59,598 nucleotides of DNA from Harriotta raleighana (GCA_050575255.1 JBNZDD010013687.1:5995012-6054609); one strand, 5' to 3'. Numbered from the stretch's first letter, positions 13,911-28,420 are shown. Program-made: numbers and translations. The notes: a model not told the origin generated them from the letters alone.

Positions 13911-16889
13911 ATTCTAATGAACACATGTTTTGCCCGACATGAACATTACTGTACTGCCATTTTAAACCAGTCACTCAATACCCTCAGAGCAGGATGGTAC
14001 AGCTAATACACAAGAGGTAACCAAAGCTTGTACGTCACTGAGGAAACATTTCCCCTTGGGTCTTTGCAGCGTACTTCGGGTTTGAGCATTAATGATCTCC
14101 TCTGCTAATACTGCACACATTGCAGTTACATCCAGAAGCGAGGAGCCTGTGTGCTTGTGTGAAACCTTGTGTGTTTTGACTACGAGTCACTGAATTGCCG
14201 CAGGACAATTTAAGGCAAGAGTGGAGCATGCAGAAATTCAGAAGTCCTGTTGCACTACTTTTGCATATAATTATATCCTCCAGGCAGGGAAGGGCAGCTG
14301 AAAACTATGTCAAATGACCAGGTGTCACTCCGCACACATTTTTTTTAAAATCAAAGAAACCGCCAGACATCATGAGAAAACAAGCCAGTGCACTGAGACA
14401 AGCTCCGAGAGGTACCATTTACCTTGCTAAAAGATGTCCCTTTCATTCCACTTTGTTCCACCTATTGTTCTATATTTTGCCCACAAAATATAGTCATTTC
14501 ACCTTGCAGTATATTCTGTGAAGCGCTTTGATATGCCTCAGAGACACAAGATGTTGTATCATATGCAAATATTATTAATAAATAAACAAACATCACCATT
14601 GCCTTGTTCCTATTTTTATTCTTATTGTGTTGATTCTTACTGCAGTCATGAGCCTCCTTCACTTAAGATACTTTCTACTGGGCTATGTGTCCAACTGTCT
14701 CCATTTTGTTGTTTTACATTTGCATCTAATCTATTCAAGCAAATGTAAGGATTATTATCATTACATAAGCACTGCTCTCCCTGTTCTCTGCTTTCCCCGG
14801 GCAGGATACAGTGCTTATTCCTCTATGAACAGTCTCCAGGCTACACAAGTCATAGAGCTTGAACGGGTTCAAACTGGACGAACATGACTTGCTATGAGAC
14901 AGAATGAGTACACAGTGATCTAACCCTCATCCAAATGCAAAATCAGCACCTCACAGACCAGTGTTTCTCAATACATGGCACACTTCAGACCCTCTGAGAT
15001 GAACAGAAGCACTTGTACTGATGACACTGGATGGTAAACATCTTCATCATGCCCTCTCCTTCTATCTCCCCTCAATATCACCCCCATCTATTGTTAAGTC
15101 ATTTCAAGTCAGCTATAAGCTTATTGGGAAAGGGGACTGAAAGGATTGTTCTTGATGGAGCTGACACAGACATGATAGGCCAAATGGCCTTCTTCATTCC
15201 TGTACAATTTCTATGTTTCCAGTTGAGATCATCGATTTCATTCACATTCCATTCCACCTGCACAAGTTGGAATAAACTTTGCACACAGACGGGCATGGGG
15301 AAATATCAATACACTTCTGAGAAATACGATACACTGCCTTCATTAACAAATTAACATCTTTTTGCATCATTCTTTGCAATGGACTAACCTGGCCCCCTAT
15401 TAACTGTATGGTGCATTAGTTACACTGGCTCTAGTACAAAGACAAGCATTCACAAACCCACCGACATATCTCTTCCCCATGACACGGGACTCTATGCCAT
15501 TATTTTCCCTTCTCCCCCATTCCTACTTCGCTCTCTGGAATTCTACCAAAATCGCTCTTCCTTGCTCCCAATCTCTCTGCCTTTCAGTGCTTAAAGACGC
15601 TAGCATACATCAAATATACCATATAAATGTAAGCTGTTGTTGCCTTCATGACCCTGGGAGAAACTTTTCAAAAAGCGGCAGTGGATCTGTAACATGCGCT
15701 TGACCCGACTAATTGGACCTTACACCTCTAATACCATGGATTGTCAGCCAGGCCCTAAACTGTGAGCTCAAAGTCCCAATGTTGCACTTGAACTCAACTA
15801 TCTGACTCAGCGGTAAGTGTGCTAATAGCTGAGCCAGACCGACAGATTCACATGTTCCCGAGGTATTAAAAGTTCAAACCCCGTTAGAGCAAAATTCACT
15901 TTCCATGGATCAGATAGTGAACCCCTATCCAACCTACCTTGTCCCATTTCTGATAGAATTGAAGCAATCGGAGTACATTTGATATATCTGGAGAAGAGCA
16001 AGGTCCATAATGGTCCAGTGTGGAGGGCGCTATATAAATCTAAGTTGTTGTTGTTGTTGTAGTGGTTGCCCAAAGATGGCAAAATAACTAAAACTGTCAA
16101 AAGTGACATCTAATCATCTTGTCAAGACAAGTAGAACAGGCAATGGAACCTGTCTGAGCTGGCCAGGAATGTTCTTAGCAAATCGATGGGCTGCTGACTT
16201 TCCATTCCTGGACCTGGAAAAGGCACTACATCTTAGTACAAATCACTTCAGAAGCATTACAGGTCAATGAATTTACCGAGGAGAGACTGGCAGACGTGCA
16301 CATTAGACCTTGGATCCAATAAACAATTAAACAACACTTGTAAAATTATTTGTTCAAATTCAACAAATCAATGCCGTCACTAGGATTTCAGGAAAGTGGA
16401 AGGGAAAACGCTTTTGCACAGATGCCCTCCGCTTTGCTATGTCCTAGCGTGCATTTCTGTGAATCATCTTGAAACCCCTCTAGTTGCAAGTCTCAACCTG
16501 GCTAAATCTGCAGGACTCTTGCTTTTGAATCAGAATGTCTAAGATGACACTCCAATACTGCTCGGGCAGCATTATTATTATCTTAACACACCCAGCAACA
16601 CAATTCCAGGTTTCCTCCTGTCAACCTGTGTCATTAATAAGTATTTGGAGCAATTGACCAGGAAAGTGAAACCCAGGCAGCAGGAACCATTTAAGATAAT
16701 GATAAAGAATTTAGGAACTTAGCAAGAGGCGACAGACCATTCAGCCCATTGAGCCAGTTCCTCCAATTTATTAGATCACACAATAACTTTAATAACACAA
16801 TATTCCCCATCTTTTGTTCATATCCTTTGATACCTCACCTATGAAGCACAGTACATGTCTAAAGGAAGTTACTGGCATGAATGATTTTT

Positions 16890-17180
16890 GAGGTCCTGTA
16901 GCTTAGTGGTTAGAGCACTCGCCTTACAAGCAAGACACCTGGGTTCAATTCCAGGTGCAGTGAAACCTTGGGTAAGTTTCCTTATTCTACATATCTAATA
17001 ATAAATCCCTAAAAAAAAACAATAAATTGGTCATTTCAATCCACAACTGTTTGTGGGAACTGCAGTATGCAATTGCCTGGCACATTTCACTCACATATAT
17101 ACAGTCTTTATAGTATATTCTGTGAAACACTTTGAAACATCTAGAAGACGTGAAAGCGCTATATCAAAGCGCTATATTAA
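16890..17180 (+). mobile_element. tRNA-derived SINE, same family
   Basis: GAGGTCCTGTAGCTTAGTGGTTAGAGCACTCGCC...GGTTCAATTCC... Confidence 0.85.
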
Positions 17181-17945
17181 AAAATGTGCTTTTTCCCCCC
17201 AGTTAAATTCTACACAGAACAAACTTGCTAAATGAGTTAGTTGCTCTACATATAATCCAACACAAGAGTCTCCTTGGTCTACTACCATGCTGTTGAAAAG
17301 ATGTAGCTAATATCACAAAGTGCTATCAAAGTGAAATACAGTGTTCAATCTCTTGCTTATTAGAAAATGTCTTTAGGCACTGAATAGTCTTAAAGGTTAT
17401 CTTGAACCAGAGAGATCAGACAAACAGTAAAAGTAGCCAACAGGAAGACACCCTTAATATATTTATTTTGTGTGACATAATAATGATCCGCACATTTAGT
17501 TTCATATGTTTCACATCAGATGGATGTCTCAAATGCACTTCAGTATTGACTGTAAAGTGAAGCAACTGTGTGTTTTATGAAGAAATTATCAGGTCCATGC
17601 AATAGGTGAGGGGTTAACAATCCCATACCGGTGACCTCTCAACGTAACCTTGCTTCTACATACAATGCAGAACCATTCTGGGCTTGGGAGATTGCTCTTA
17701 TTCTCTTTCCCAATTGGATTGGAAGTTACGCTGCTGCAGCAGGAATTAATTCCTGAATTACATTCTGAACTATGTGATTGACTTGATGGTGAGACTCCTA
17801 TCAATCATGCAAGTCAGTGAGCAACTGGGGGTAGGGGAGGGGATCAGGGACATGGTGGCAATTGAGCCATTAATTTATACTGTGAAGCACTTTGAGACAA
17901 CTCGACGATATGATAAAGCACCACATCAAATAAGGATCACTATTA

Positions 17946-18328
17946 CAGTAAAACCATGTTTATCCGCCATGCTCGAGGGGTCGACTAATTGACTGTGCCG
18001 GATAAACGGGGGACAAGTTGCCAAAAACTCAACATTAAAAATTAACTTATTTTAAAACATACTATGTTAATAATACACTAAATAGTAACAGAATATTGTA
18101 TGGATACTTACCAATAATGCATTCCAGCACAGTCGGTAAAAAGATCTGTAAAAATGCATTTTTTACCAATCAGTAAAAATCCAAGTGCGTAAATTTAATA
18201 AGTGCGCATGCTCACGCATTGAACGCATGTACAAAGTGAGCAAACTCGCGATTCCTGGAATGGGAAATTGCCCTGGGAGGGTTCGAGCAATCTGGTTGAT
18301 CGGATCACGGATACACAAGGTTTTACTG
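17946..18328. mobile_element. Tigger/pogo-like MITE, same TIR family as 5153-5976
   Basis: TA|CAGTAAAACCATGTTTATCCG ... CGGATACACAAGGTTTTACTG|TA. Confidence 0.85.
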
Positions 18329-19624
18329 TATAATGATTAGTTTCATGATTCTGATTATGAATGAAATGGGGTTCTCACTAAATTATTGGGCTGTGCTAAC
18401 TCAATCAATAAATAAATAAATAATAATCCCTCAAGAAAAAGAATTTTGGTCATTCAATAAATGACTATTTGTTGGGACACTACCGTGCATAATTGGCCAC
18501 CGAGTTTTGCCCACAAAAATAAGTCAATTCACTTAACAGTATATTCTGAGAAGCGCTATATCAAATGCAACGATTATTATGTATAACGCACATCTATATA
18601 CCAGGAACGCTTCGCTCTTTACCACGGCAACATTAATGCTCTTATTCAATCTCGGGAGATATTTAACTTCACTAAATCCATCTTTCCTTCACTCGCAAAC
18701 AGATTTCTCTCGCATACAATGCTCACCTTAGAATGTTGTGGATTCACCCGCAAAATACAGTCAATCTACTTTACATCGTATCCTGTGAAGCGCTTTGAGG
18801 CACCTCAACGATGTGATAGCAACAACATTACATTTGTAGAGTGCCTTTCACGTCGGGATGAGGTCCCAAGGCGCTGAAGTCAGGGTTCAGGACCTGAGCA
18901 TGGTAGGTGGGGCACGGTTGAGATGAGGGACGGTAGAGAGGTAGGACGGGGATTGATAAGGCACTTCATCAAGTGCAAGGCTATTTATTATTTTTATGAT
19001 TTCAGGTCAATTCTTCTCAGAACATTGCATTAAATGAATAATAATAATCATTGCATTTGATACAGTGCTTAGAATGTCAAACGTTGCAAAGTACTGAACC
19101 AGAAATTGCTGTCAAGTGCTTTTATTGTTATTGTATTTGTGGACAAGCATTATGGATTTTACACTTTTACCGAAGGCCTGAAAATATCAAGCAAGTCTTA
19201 ACTACCCTTGAATTTGACATTTATCGTCGGTTGTCAAAACGTCTCATAGCACTTCAAAGGCTTTACTGTTGAGAATAGTGACTATTTGTTTGTCGGTCAA
19301 CTACCTACAGAACGTTATGCGAAGACTGAGGTTCCTTTCACAGAACATCTTCCACTAATTGTTACATGGTCAAATAATGAGGGCCCTCAATCCACAATTA
19401 TACTACCAACAGGTCCAAAGGTGAAATGATATTAACAAATTATATTTGATACAGTGCCTTTTACATGGGGAGGTCATAATTCCTAGAAATTACCATAAAG
19501 TGACTGTATTTGCAGGCAAACACAGCAGCCAATCTGCACATAGTAATATCCCACAAAACAGCCATGAAGTAATGACCAATTTTATCTGGGGGATTTTGGC
19601 CAGGATGATGGAAAGTGAATTTTT

Positions 19625-19840
19625 GAGAGCAATATTTGTGAGCGAAATGCAGCAGCCAATTGCGCACAGCAGTGTCCTACAAACAATCATGGGTTGAAGT
19701 GACCAATTTTTTTTTTTTGGAGGGATTATCATCAGGTGTGTGGAGTAAGGAAACTTGTCCAAGGTTTCACCCTGCCGAAAATCAAACCCAGGTCTCTCAC
19801 TTGCGAGGCAGGTGTGCTGACCACTCAGTTACAGGACTCC
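19625..19840 (-). mobile_element. tRNA-derived SINE, same family (3'-truncated)
   Basis: Reverse complement of the head and body consensus. Confidence 0.85.
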
Positions 19841-21875
19841 ATAAAATAGGATAAATATTAATTGCAAAATAGGAGACAAAGAGCAACAAATAGCAATTTC
19901 TCCTGTGCGCTCTCTGAATAAATAAAATGAAAATATTTAGAGCAACCATAAGCATCTGTAACCTTGTAAAGGGTGGAAGCAGTGCAAATTTAGAAATTTG
20001 AATTTATGTGGCAGCTCAAAACGCAAACAAATGCAAGCACAAGACAAAAACCTTATTATTCTTTATCTCTTATCCCACTCCCCTCTAACCACCAGCCTTC
20101 GCTGAACAGAACAGTTCAGAAGCTCTTCAAAAAAAACTGAAGCTTATCCATTGTACATTTTACAAACCGGTTTTGTCTGATTCGGTTTCCAGATTTATGA
20201 CCAGATCTATATTCAGATGGTCGTATATTTTCAGATAGCAATTTGAAAGACGTTCATTGTAGTGATTCTCTCCACACCTGGCTAGATTTTTCTGCTCTTA
20301 AGCAGCAATGAACGGACCAGCATTACATGCCTTCACAGATTCACAATGGAACAATAAAGAACCCTTCTTCGCATCCCCACCACCACCATCATACCCTCCC
20401 TTCACATTAAACCACAGTGTCTTTTTGTCCAGTATTCTGCCCCCTTTGTTCAAAGGGCTACTTACAGTTTTTTTTGTCTATTTTCGTTGGTGCACTCCAG
20501 GCTCATTATAATGAGAATCGGAGGGTGTGTGGAGTTTTCTTTGTTGTAATCAGCCGCCCTACAGAAACCCTAGCAGCAATAATGCAGGCTGCACAATGAC
20601 AACGGGGTCACAATGCATCATGTCTCTCGTCGTTGTCTTGCCAGTCGGTGACTGCTGGCTGAGAGCTTTTTCCACATCATCATCGCTGACACCGCCTGCA
20701 CACACCAGCGCAGGGATTACACAGGGCGAACCTGCCAAGATCATGTGGCAAAGAATCAAAGGACGTATTCTTCACAAAGAAAGCAATGCTGTAATAAGCC
20801 TCCTTTAAGATGAATTACACCAGTTTTATGCCGTTGTTAAAAAAAATAAACATTTGGTTACTCAATCCATGTTTGTGGGACACTGCTATGCACAATTGGC
20901 TGCCGCATTTCTCCCGCCAAATTACTCCTTTTAGGAATATATTCAGTAAAGCCGTTTGAAATGTCCCAATGCCGTGATATCAGATGCAAGGATTATTATT
21001 TTTATTACTACATCTTTTCTATCAAGAGTCCCGCAAATTAACTGAAGGAATAATAAAATTGCATTTTTATTGCACTTCAATCATCAAAATGTCTCAAAAG
21101 CACTCTTACGACCATTATTACCAAGTACAGTAATATGATTGTTTTGGGTAGAAATAAAACCGCAAGTTTTTTTTAAAAGTGCTTCTACTGTAAAGTAATT
21201 ATATAAGGCATAACTGTTTAACAGGCAATGTGTCGCTTTATTGAATACCATCTGTCTGTTAAGAGATACTTTAAGACATGCTAGTAATGCTAGTGCCCTC
21301 AGTCCTGTGTATACTTTATTGAAGCTTGTTTTATGGCAGCACAATATTCTAAGCATGCAGAACAGCCTACTGCAAACATGTCTTCACCAGCACCACTGTG
21401 GAGAGGGGGGAGGGGCAGAATAGGGTGTAAACAACCCAGATTTCCTCTACTTTGTTGACCTGCCCACCTACACAAACTCCAAGTTCCAAGTTTTGTACAG
21501 ACTCCAACTCAGGAAGGTCTCCAGCCAGGAAATGAATATTCCTGTTTGCAACTGTACACTTGCTGTTGCTATAGATGTCATGTCATCTACCCGCCCACAG
21601 TGTAAATACAATTTACATTTATATAGCACCTTCCACATCAGGAGAGTAAATATCATTGCCCTGGAGGTATCAGGATTATAGATTACCTCCAAAGGAAGAG
21701 TCTCTTGAATAGAAAATAGGGTAACTCACAAAATGGGCACCCATGACAATAAAAATACTTCATTTGATACAGCGGCATTTTCGTCAGTACGACAGGTCGG
21801 AAACATTTCACAGTGTTGTAAAGTGTAATTTGTGGTGATATACAGAGATAATTATGTGTGAAGCAATGAAGAGAA

Positions 21876-22304
21876 AATAATAATAATCCCTGCATTTGAT
21901 ATGGTGCTGTATCACATCGTTGAGACGTTCTCAAAGTGCTTCACAGAATGTACTGCAAAACGGATTGATTGGGTAATTTTGTGGACAAAATGTGGCAGCC
22001 AATTGCACACAGTGGTGAATAGCCATGAGGCAGTTAACAATTTTATTTGGAGGATTGTTGACCAAGACACTGAGAGAACCTATTTTCTTAAATTGTGCCA
22101 TGGGATCTTTGACACCCACCTAAACAGGCAGCTGGGACCTGCCTGGTTTAATATCTCATCTGAAGGACAGCACCTCTAACAATACACCACAGCCCAACAC
22201 TGCATTGAAATGTCATCTTGGCCAATATGATTCCAAGTCCCAACATGCGGCTTGAACCCACAACCTTCTGACTCAACAACAAGAGTGCTACCACTGTGCC
22301 ACGC
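21876..22304 (-). mobile_element. Full-length DeuSINE (SacSINE1-like): tRNA-like head, Deu domain, LINE-type tail
   Basis: Minus strand GTGGCACAGTGGTAGCACTCTTG..GAGTCAGAAGGTTGTGGGTTCAAG...GAGGTGCTGTCCTTCAGATGAGATATTAAACC...AAAGATCCCATGGCAC...TGTGCAATTGGCTGCC...CAAATGCAGGGATTATTATT. More degraded relatives at about 2330-2600, 3130-3400, 15650-15840, 45770-45920 and 47930-48245. Confidence 0.8.
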
Positions 22305-22661
22305 TGACAAGGCAAGGAAATGGTTTGGAAAAGACCTTTTAAAGGACCCACCCAACTCTCCGAGCATGTTTGGGAATAGTCTGGTAATATGGAAATTAGA
22401 GGCAGGAAGGCCAGTGAGCAGAGAAATCCAGGGTTTCTGATGTTGGGGGAAGGCACATTTATGCTGCTGCAGAGATATTGACCAAGACATGTTTGTAGGC
22501 TGACTCAGTGAGACAACTTCAACAACAAGTCAGTCTCAATAAAGTTCCAACCCAATAAGTAATCCCTGACAATATAAAATAGCCATTAGCATTTTCTACC
22601 TTCTGTGGTCAATGCATGTGGTTCAACACTTGCTTTCTATGATGTAGTATATTTTTGGTTA

Positions 22662-23210
22662 TAACAACAACAACTTGGATTTATATAGCACCCTACACGT
22701 CAGATGGCACCACAGAGCGCATCACAAATAGCAGAGCCTGGGGCCAAGCCAAAGGGTGGGGGAGAGTGACCGTCGGCATGGCCGAGCAGAAAGGGCTTCA
22801 AGCGCAACCTGAAAATGGAAAAGGAGGGAGAGTAGTGAAGGGGGATTGATTGAGGGAGGGAGTTCCAGAGCTTTGGGGCGAAGTGGCTGAAGGTACGGCT
22901 ATTGAGGTGGAGCAGAGGATTCGAGCAACAAGGAGAATGCCAGACCCAGCAAAGTGGAGGCAGTGGGTACTGATGTGAGAAGAGAGGTAGAGGGGTGCAG
23001 AAGAGTGGAGGGATTTAAATACAATTATGAGAAGCTTGAAGTCGATCCGCTCTGTGACCGAGAACCAGTGAAGTCTGGCAAGGACTGGGGTAATGAAGTT
23101 TGTATGAGAATGCAGGCAACAGAGTTCTGTATGAGCTGGATTTTGTGTGAATGTTGGCAGAAGGGAGACCAGCAAGGAGGGCATTGGAGTAGTCCACCTG
23201 AGGTAGGTGA
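22662..23210 (-). mobile_element. L2 LINE 3' fragment (second family, different tail)
   Basis: DYSNALLAGLPS, LIQNSVA, ITPVLARLHWFSVTERIDFKLLIIVFKSLHSSAPLYLS; tail ...CCATCTGACGTGTAGGGTGCTATATAAATCCAAGTTGTTGTTG. Confidence 0.85.
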
Positions 23211-23244
23211 AGGAGGTGGGACTAAAGATGCCGACAAGAGCCAA

Positions 23245-23870
23245 AGAGTTATCTTTCGCATTTTGCTGCATCTCCTGTAATGTATACTATGATGTCTTCA
23301 TCACATCCAGGCTTGACTATGCCAAGACCCTGCTTGTCGGCCTTCCCAATTCCTCCCTCCAAAGGCTGCAGATAATCCAGAACTGTATGACCCATATCCT
23401 CTATCGCTCCATGCTCCGTAAATCGCAACTCCCCCATTCTTGTTCGACTCCATTGGGTCCTCATCACCCAGAGGATTTAAGATACTGGTCCTCACCTTCA
23501 AAGCCCTCAATGGCCTTATCCTATCCTAATTTTGTGACCTCTTAACCCCCTACCAACCTACCCATTACATTCGCTCAGCGGACTCCGGCCTGCTTCATGT
23601 CCCCGAACCCACCGGCCCCACCATGGGTGAACAAGCCCTCAGCCATTCACCTCTGGAACTCCATCCCACAGTCCCTCCACCTCGCCCCTCCCTAACCTCC
23701 TTCCAAGTCCCACCTCAAGACCCTCCTTTTCAACTGTTCCATCGGTCATCCAGAATACCCTATTTTACCTCCACCCTCCCCAGCTCAGGTCTGAAACAAT
23801 GACTGTCCAGCACCTCGGGATGTCCTCCTGACATGAAAGGTGCTACACAAGTACAATTTTGTTGTTGTTT
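23245..23870 (+). mobile_element. L2 LINE 3' fragment
   Basis: FITSRLDYAKTLLVGLPNSSLQRLQIIQN with frameshifts, then the family-1 tail. Confidence 0.85.
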
Positions 23871-24643
23871 CCTTTTTGGGTGCCTCTACCCTCGGCAGGA
23901 GAGTGGGGCACCAAATATAGCAATGTCTTCTCGCGAGTCGTCAACTTTCTCTGAAAACATTTTGCCAAAACAAAACCCTGCTCCACCCTCCCTAATGAAT
24001 GACAGAAGCCAAGGACATGACTGCACTGCACCATGTAGCAGCATGCCTGGGTGCAAAAATTTATAAGAACCCAGCCCTGAATGTCAGTCAGTGTGCTTCA
24101 AATCCGCCCTGGAACCCAGCAGGACAACGGCGAGTTACAACTGCAGTGAGTGTACTACACCACTTCATGTGAGGGCTTCCTTTTGTGTGCTGAGAGACAG
24201 ATTTTTTTTAAAATTGATAACTTATTTTTCATCTGTGACTTGTGTGTGGTCAATGTACAATGCACCAGCATGAGGAGGAGAGACAAACTGAACCAAGGCC
24301 AGTTTGAAACCATGGGGTGCACAAGTATAGTCAAAAACTCCTTTCAATTTTCCAGCTAAGCACATGGAACATGTCACCCACAAAAACACATTCAATCCAC
24401 TTTACAATATGCACTCTTTGGGACATCTCAACGATTTGATAAGGCGCTATAATCCTGGTATTATTATTATTATCATCGGAGTACAGAACCAGGTTTCAAC
24501 ATACACAACTTCAGTCTAACAGGAGCATTATTTTAAAAAAGGTATTACCTTACAGTTGATATTAACCAGTATATTGAACAAAGTACTTTTTTCTAAATTG
24601 GTTCCTTTTTTAAAATCCTAGACAATCACTGCTTCTGACTCTC

Positions 24644-24654
24644 CACACACACAC

Positions 24655-24687
<33 letters not shown>

Positions 24688-24697
24688 GTATATATAT
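24644..24697 (+). repeat. Compound (CA)n(TA)n(CA)n microsatellite
   Basis: Directly visible. Confidence 0.9.
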
Positions 24698-24713
24698 TTT
24701 AGATTTCTCCTAC

Positions 24714-24798
24714 CATCTCCTGGATATAGTTTATTTGTGTGGAGGGGGAAGTGGTTAAGAAGTCAAAAGGGTTTAATGTTTCTCCACTACACAAAAAC
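24714..24798 (-). other. Candidate exon ending exactly in ATG
   Basis: ttgttttgtttag|GTTT ... GAGATG|gtagga. Confidence 0.35.
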
Positions 24799-27700
24799 CT
24801 AAACAAAACAATATTGTATTTAAATCCAATTTTTCTGCTCACACTAAACAGCCTCAAAGCCCTTTTGGCATCACATATTCCATCCAAAGTAATTGGGGAG
24901 CATTTGGAAGGACACAGTCTTTACAGGATTCTTGACATGAATTTCAACCATTGAAAATTGCCAGCTCCTCTATTCCATTTGACTCATTGCACAATTAAGG
25001 GATGAGTGTGCAGTCGGGAGTGGTAGTATTGAACAATGAACACCAAACGCACACACAATTCACTGTGAATCAATAGCAAGGAAACGGTTTGCATTTCCTG
25101 CAGTCAAAACAAATGAAACATTAACCAGTGCAGAGCAATGAGGGTGCATTGCCAGCAATTGTGCATTACGCAAGATGAAGACAATGAAGACAGGCATTGT
25201 AGGTACTGGCTGCCTCATACAATTTACACCAAGACTAGATCTTCACACATCTCTTTAAAAAATAAGTAATAAAATAGTGCGATTTTATGTAGTAAGTAAA
25301 ATAGTAAACCCTTAGCTTCATTTATAATATTCCAGTGAATGTTCCAGAGACTGTTACACAAATGTCACGAACAATAAGACCCAATCCACCCCTCTCAGTA
25401 TCAATGTATTCCATTGATTAAAGCAGGAACTCCCAACAGAATCCGACAAGTGTATAAAATTCTAGGCAAATTCCTTGTACAAATTACAGCCCTCAGCCTG
25501 CAGTCATGACATTTGATGAAAACATTAAAGCCTTTTACTACAGGGCAACGGATGGGTACAACACTTCACAAGTTGGCTGGCCTTTACGGGTGCCTCTTTA
25601 CAGGCTTGGATCACGCTATTTGTGGCTGAAGAGGATACAATTGGCATTACGTACTGTACCGCATTTGGATTCACAAGGGTTTGGCAAGGTCTTGCACAGA
25701 AGGTTTTTGTGGAACAGGTTAGAGATCATAGAAAACAAGCCAGGAAACAAATGTGCCATTTCCACCAAATGCAAGCGATACGGTAAGCAATTTATGTTGA
25801 TAGACACATTATTTATTCCATTTTCAGACGAGTGCTCAGTTTATAATTCACTCTTAACAAAGTACCAGCTCCACTTCTCCCTCATTAGGTTGGCAGTCTA
25901 TTGACTAAAATACTGGGTTTATGGATTGCCAAATAAGGTCCCTGGACAAAAAAATACACTTCCACTGAGTTCCAGTGCTGTAAATTATTAACAAATGAAT
26001 CAAACACATTTAGTGACTAACTACAGCAGAATAAGTCAGCCAGGTAAGTGGTCATTCTTCCATGCGAGTGCAAGATCAACAAGCTATTCAACAATTAGAG
26101 GATGAAGGTGGGAGCCAGAGAGGGGACTCAGAGTAGAATCCAACTCCATCTAGTTCAATTCCCCCTCCCTAGATCAGGGCCCCCTGCACGTCCCAAGTTC
26201 AGCTATCATAGCACAGGGCATGATCTGAGCATGTGAACTACTGGCCAGTTGGTACTACTACGATGATCAGCAGTGCAGTCCCCACAGAACCGAGTGAAAA
26301 TCTCCAAACTGTGCATTTATCTTTCCCAATACAAATGTCAATTACCGCAAATCCAGGAACCAAATACTTCACCACATCAGTCAAACACCATACTTCATTA
26401 GGTTAACAAAATTAAAAACAGGCATAAACAAATATCTATTTAAAACTCTGGAGGGTTAAAGCTCTGGCTTTTACCAGCTCCAGATAAATAAAATACCTGT
26501 CTTTCCCCCTGAATGTTATAACTTAAAATAGGGCTTTGTTGGTTTACTATCTTTCTGCACCACATACATACTTAATTAACTTTTGATCTTCATGAAGTTT
26601 GGGACAAACACTAAATAAGACTATAAAACCATTTCTCTTAGAGAGATCTAATGTTTAAATAGTAGCTGGACATTTTTAATGCAATGTGTCCTCCTTCCAT
26701 AGCATTCCCCCCGTCCCACAAATAGCTTGAAGACAGCCACACTGGATTATTGTTCCACTTCAGCAGTGCTCTGCAAACTCATTCCCTTGACTTCACATGC
26801 AAGTTGAGACTTGGGAGTAACAGACAATATAAGATCACCACAGACACATCCTCTATTCAAGTGTACATGTGCACATACATACACACACACACAATCAGCG
26901 CTCCTCTTAGGATTCATCTGTTTTTATTTGAGACAATGAGCAATTGTAGGGACAATGATCAATTGTATGGACAACACCAAATAAAGGTTTTACCTCTCCC
27001 TTTATTCTAGTACTTTTGGATTGGCATTTAAAGTGGATTTAAACCAAATGGCGTTCAGCATATTTCTTTTAAATAAATAACGTATTTTGAAGTAGCATCT
27101 AGCAGAACAAAAGTCTGACTGGAGCCCTTATCACACTCAAAAGTTCACAGGTGTCTCCTGTTGGGGAAACATCAATAATCTTATCGCTGGCTAGAGATCT
27201 GCTCTTTACAAATGGAACAAGAATGTTGCTGACAGCAATGGAGGCAAGATGTCTGTATGCATATTCCAGAGGCCTACATCAATATCACACTGCTAGTCAA
27301 AGGAAAAATGCTCACATCGCGATTCCAGTCAGGCTAGACTTTCAATGGCATCAGTCACACATCAGCTACAAATATTGATTTAACAGTCTAAACATGATTG
27401 CAGTCAGAATGAACCACTAAACATAAACAGGTCACAATTAAAGCAAGTTTACATAAAAGTACTTCTACTTTTTCCCCCATGTTCACTGAATGTAGCCCCA
27501 TAAACCTCTAGACATCTATTGAATGTGTAGCAGTTTATGGGGCTATGTTCACAGTGAAAATGGTTGCTTGTAACAAGCCAAGTGTTTGCACAAGTGACTC
27601 AGAGCTATACCAGAGTAATGAATGGTATGTGTCTGAGCAAGCTTCCTCACCCGCACAGTTACATTCTCCATCTGCCTCAGAGAAGTATGTAAGAAGCTTA

Positions 27701-28420
27701 AGGAAAAATGCAAACAGACAAAAGGATGCATTTTGGGATCAGGTGACATTCTGTGGATACCCTTGGCCTCAGCCTCTGCTCTTATGTCAACAGGTGAAGT
27801 CACTCACAGAAACTCAAATAAGCCAATATCCTCACTGAGCACCACAGAGTGAAATACATGTGATTGCATACAACCAGATTGGTAAAGTCAACAGATGCAT
27901 CATTATTAGGTATGCCAAGGAAATTCTCGGTACAAATGAAGAGGTTTGCTAACATCAAAATATTTTGCACAGTCAATTTACTTTATAGTATGTTCGGTGA
28001 AGAGTTTTGAGACATCTCAAATATGTGATAAGGCGCTATATCAAATGCAAGGATTATTAATATCAATTTCACATTACATGGATTTGGCTGCACATAGAGA
28101 AAGAAAAACACTGCTTGTATTATCAAAGTTCATTTCAACAGAAGGTTGCACAAGATTGAAAACGTTTCAAAGTCACTGTCAAAATCAAGTGAACTAAAAA
28201 TAAACGTGCCAGAAAAAAAGGAAACCAGCTCCTGGGGGACATTTAAAAAACACTGGTTATCAATCACCACAATACTATGAGCCAATTTAGATCCCAACGT
28301 GAAATGCGCTATACAAATGTAATTTTGTTGTTCCACATGCTGAAAAAAAACGTGCCTTTTTAAAAAAAAACTCATTCAAATTACTTAAGTGATGCCACTT
28401 GCCTCCTGCACTAATTTTAC

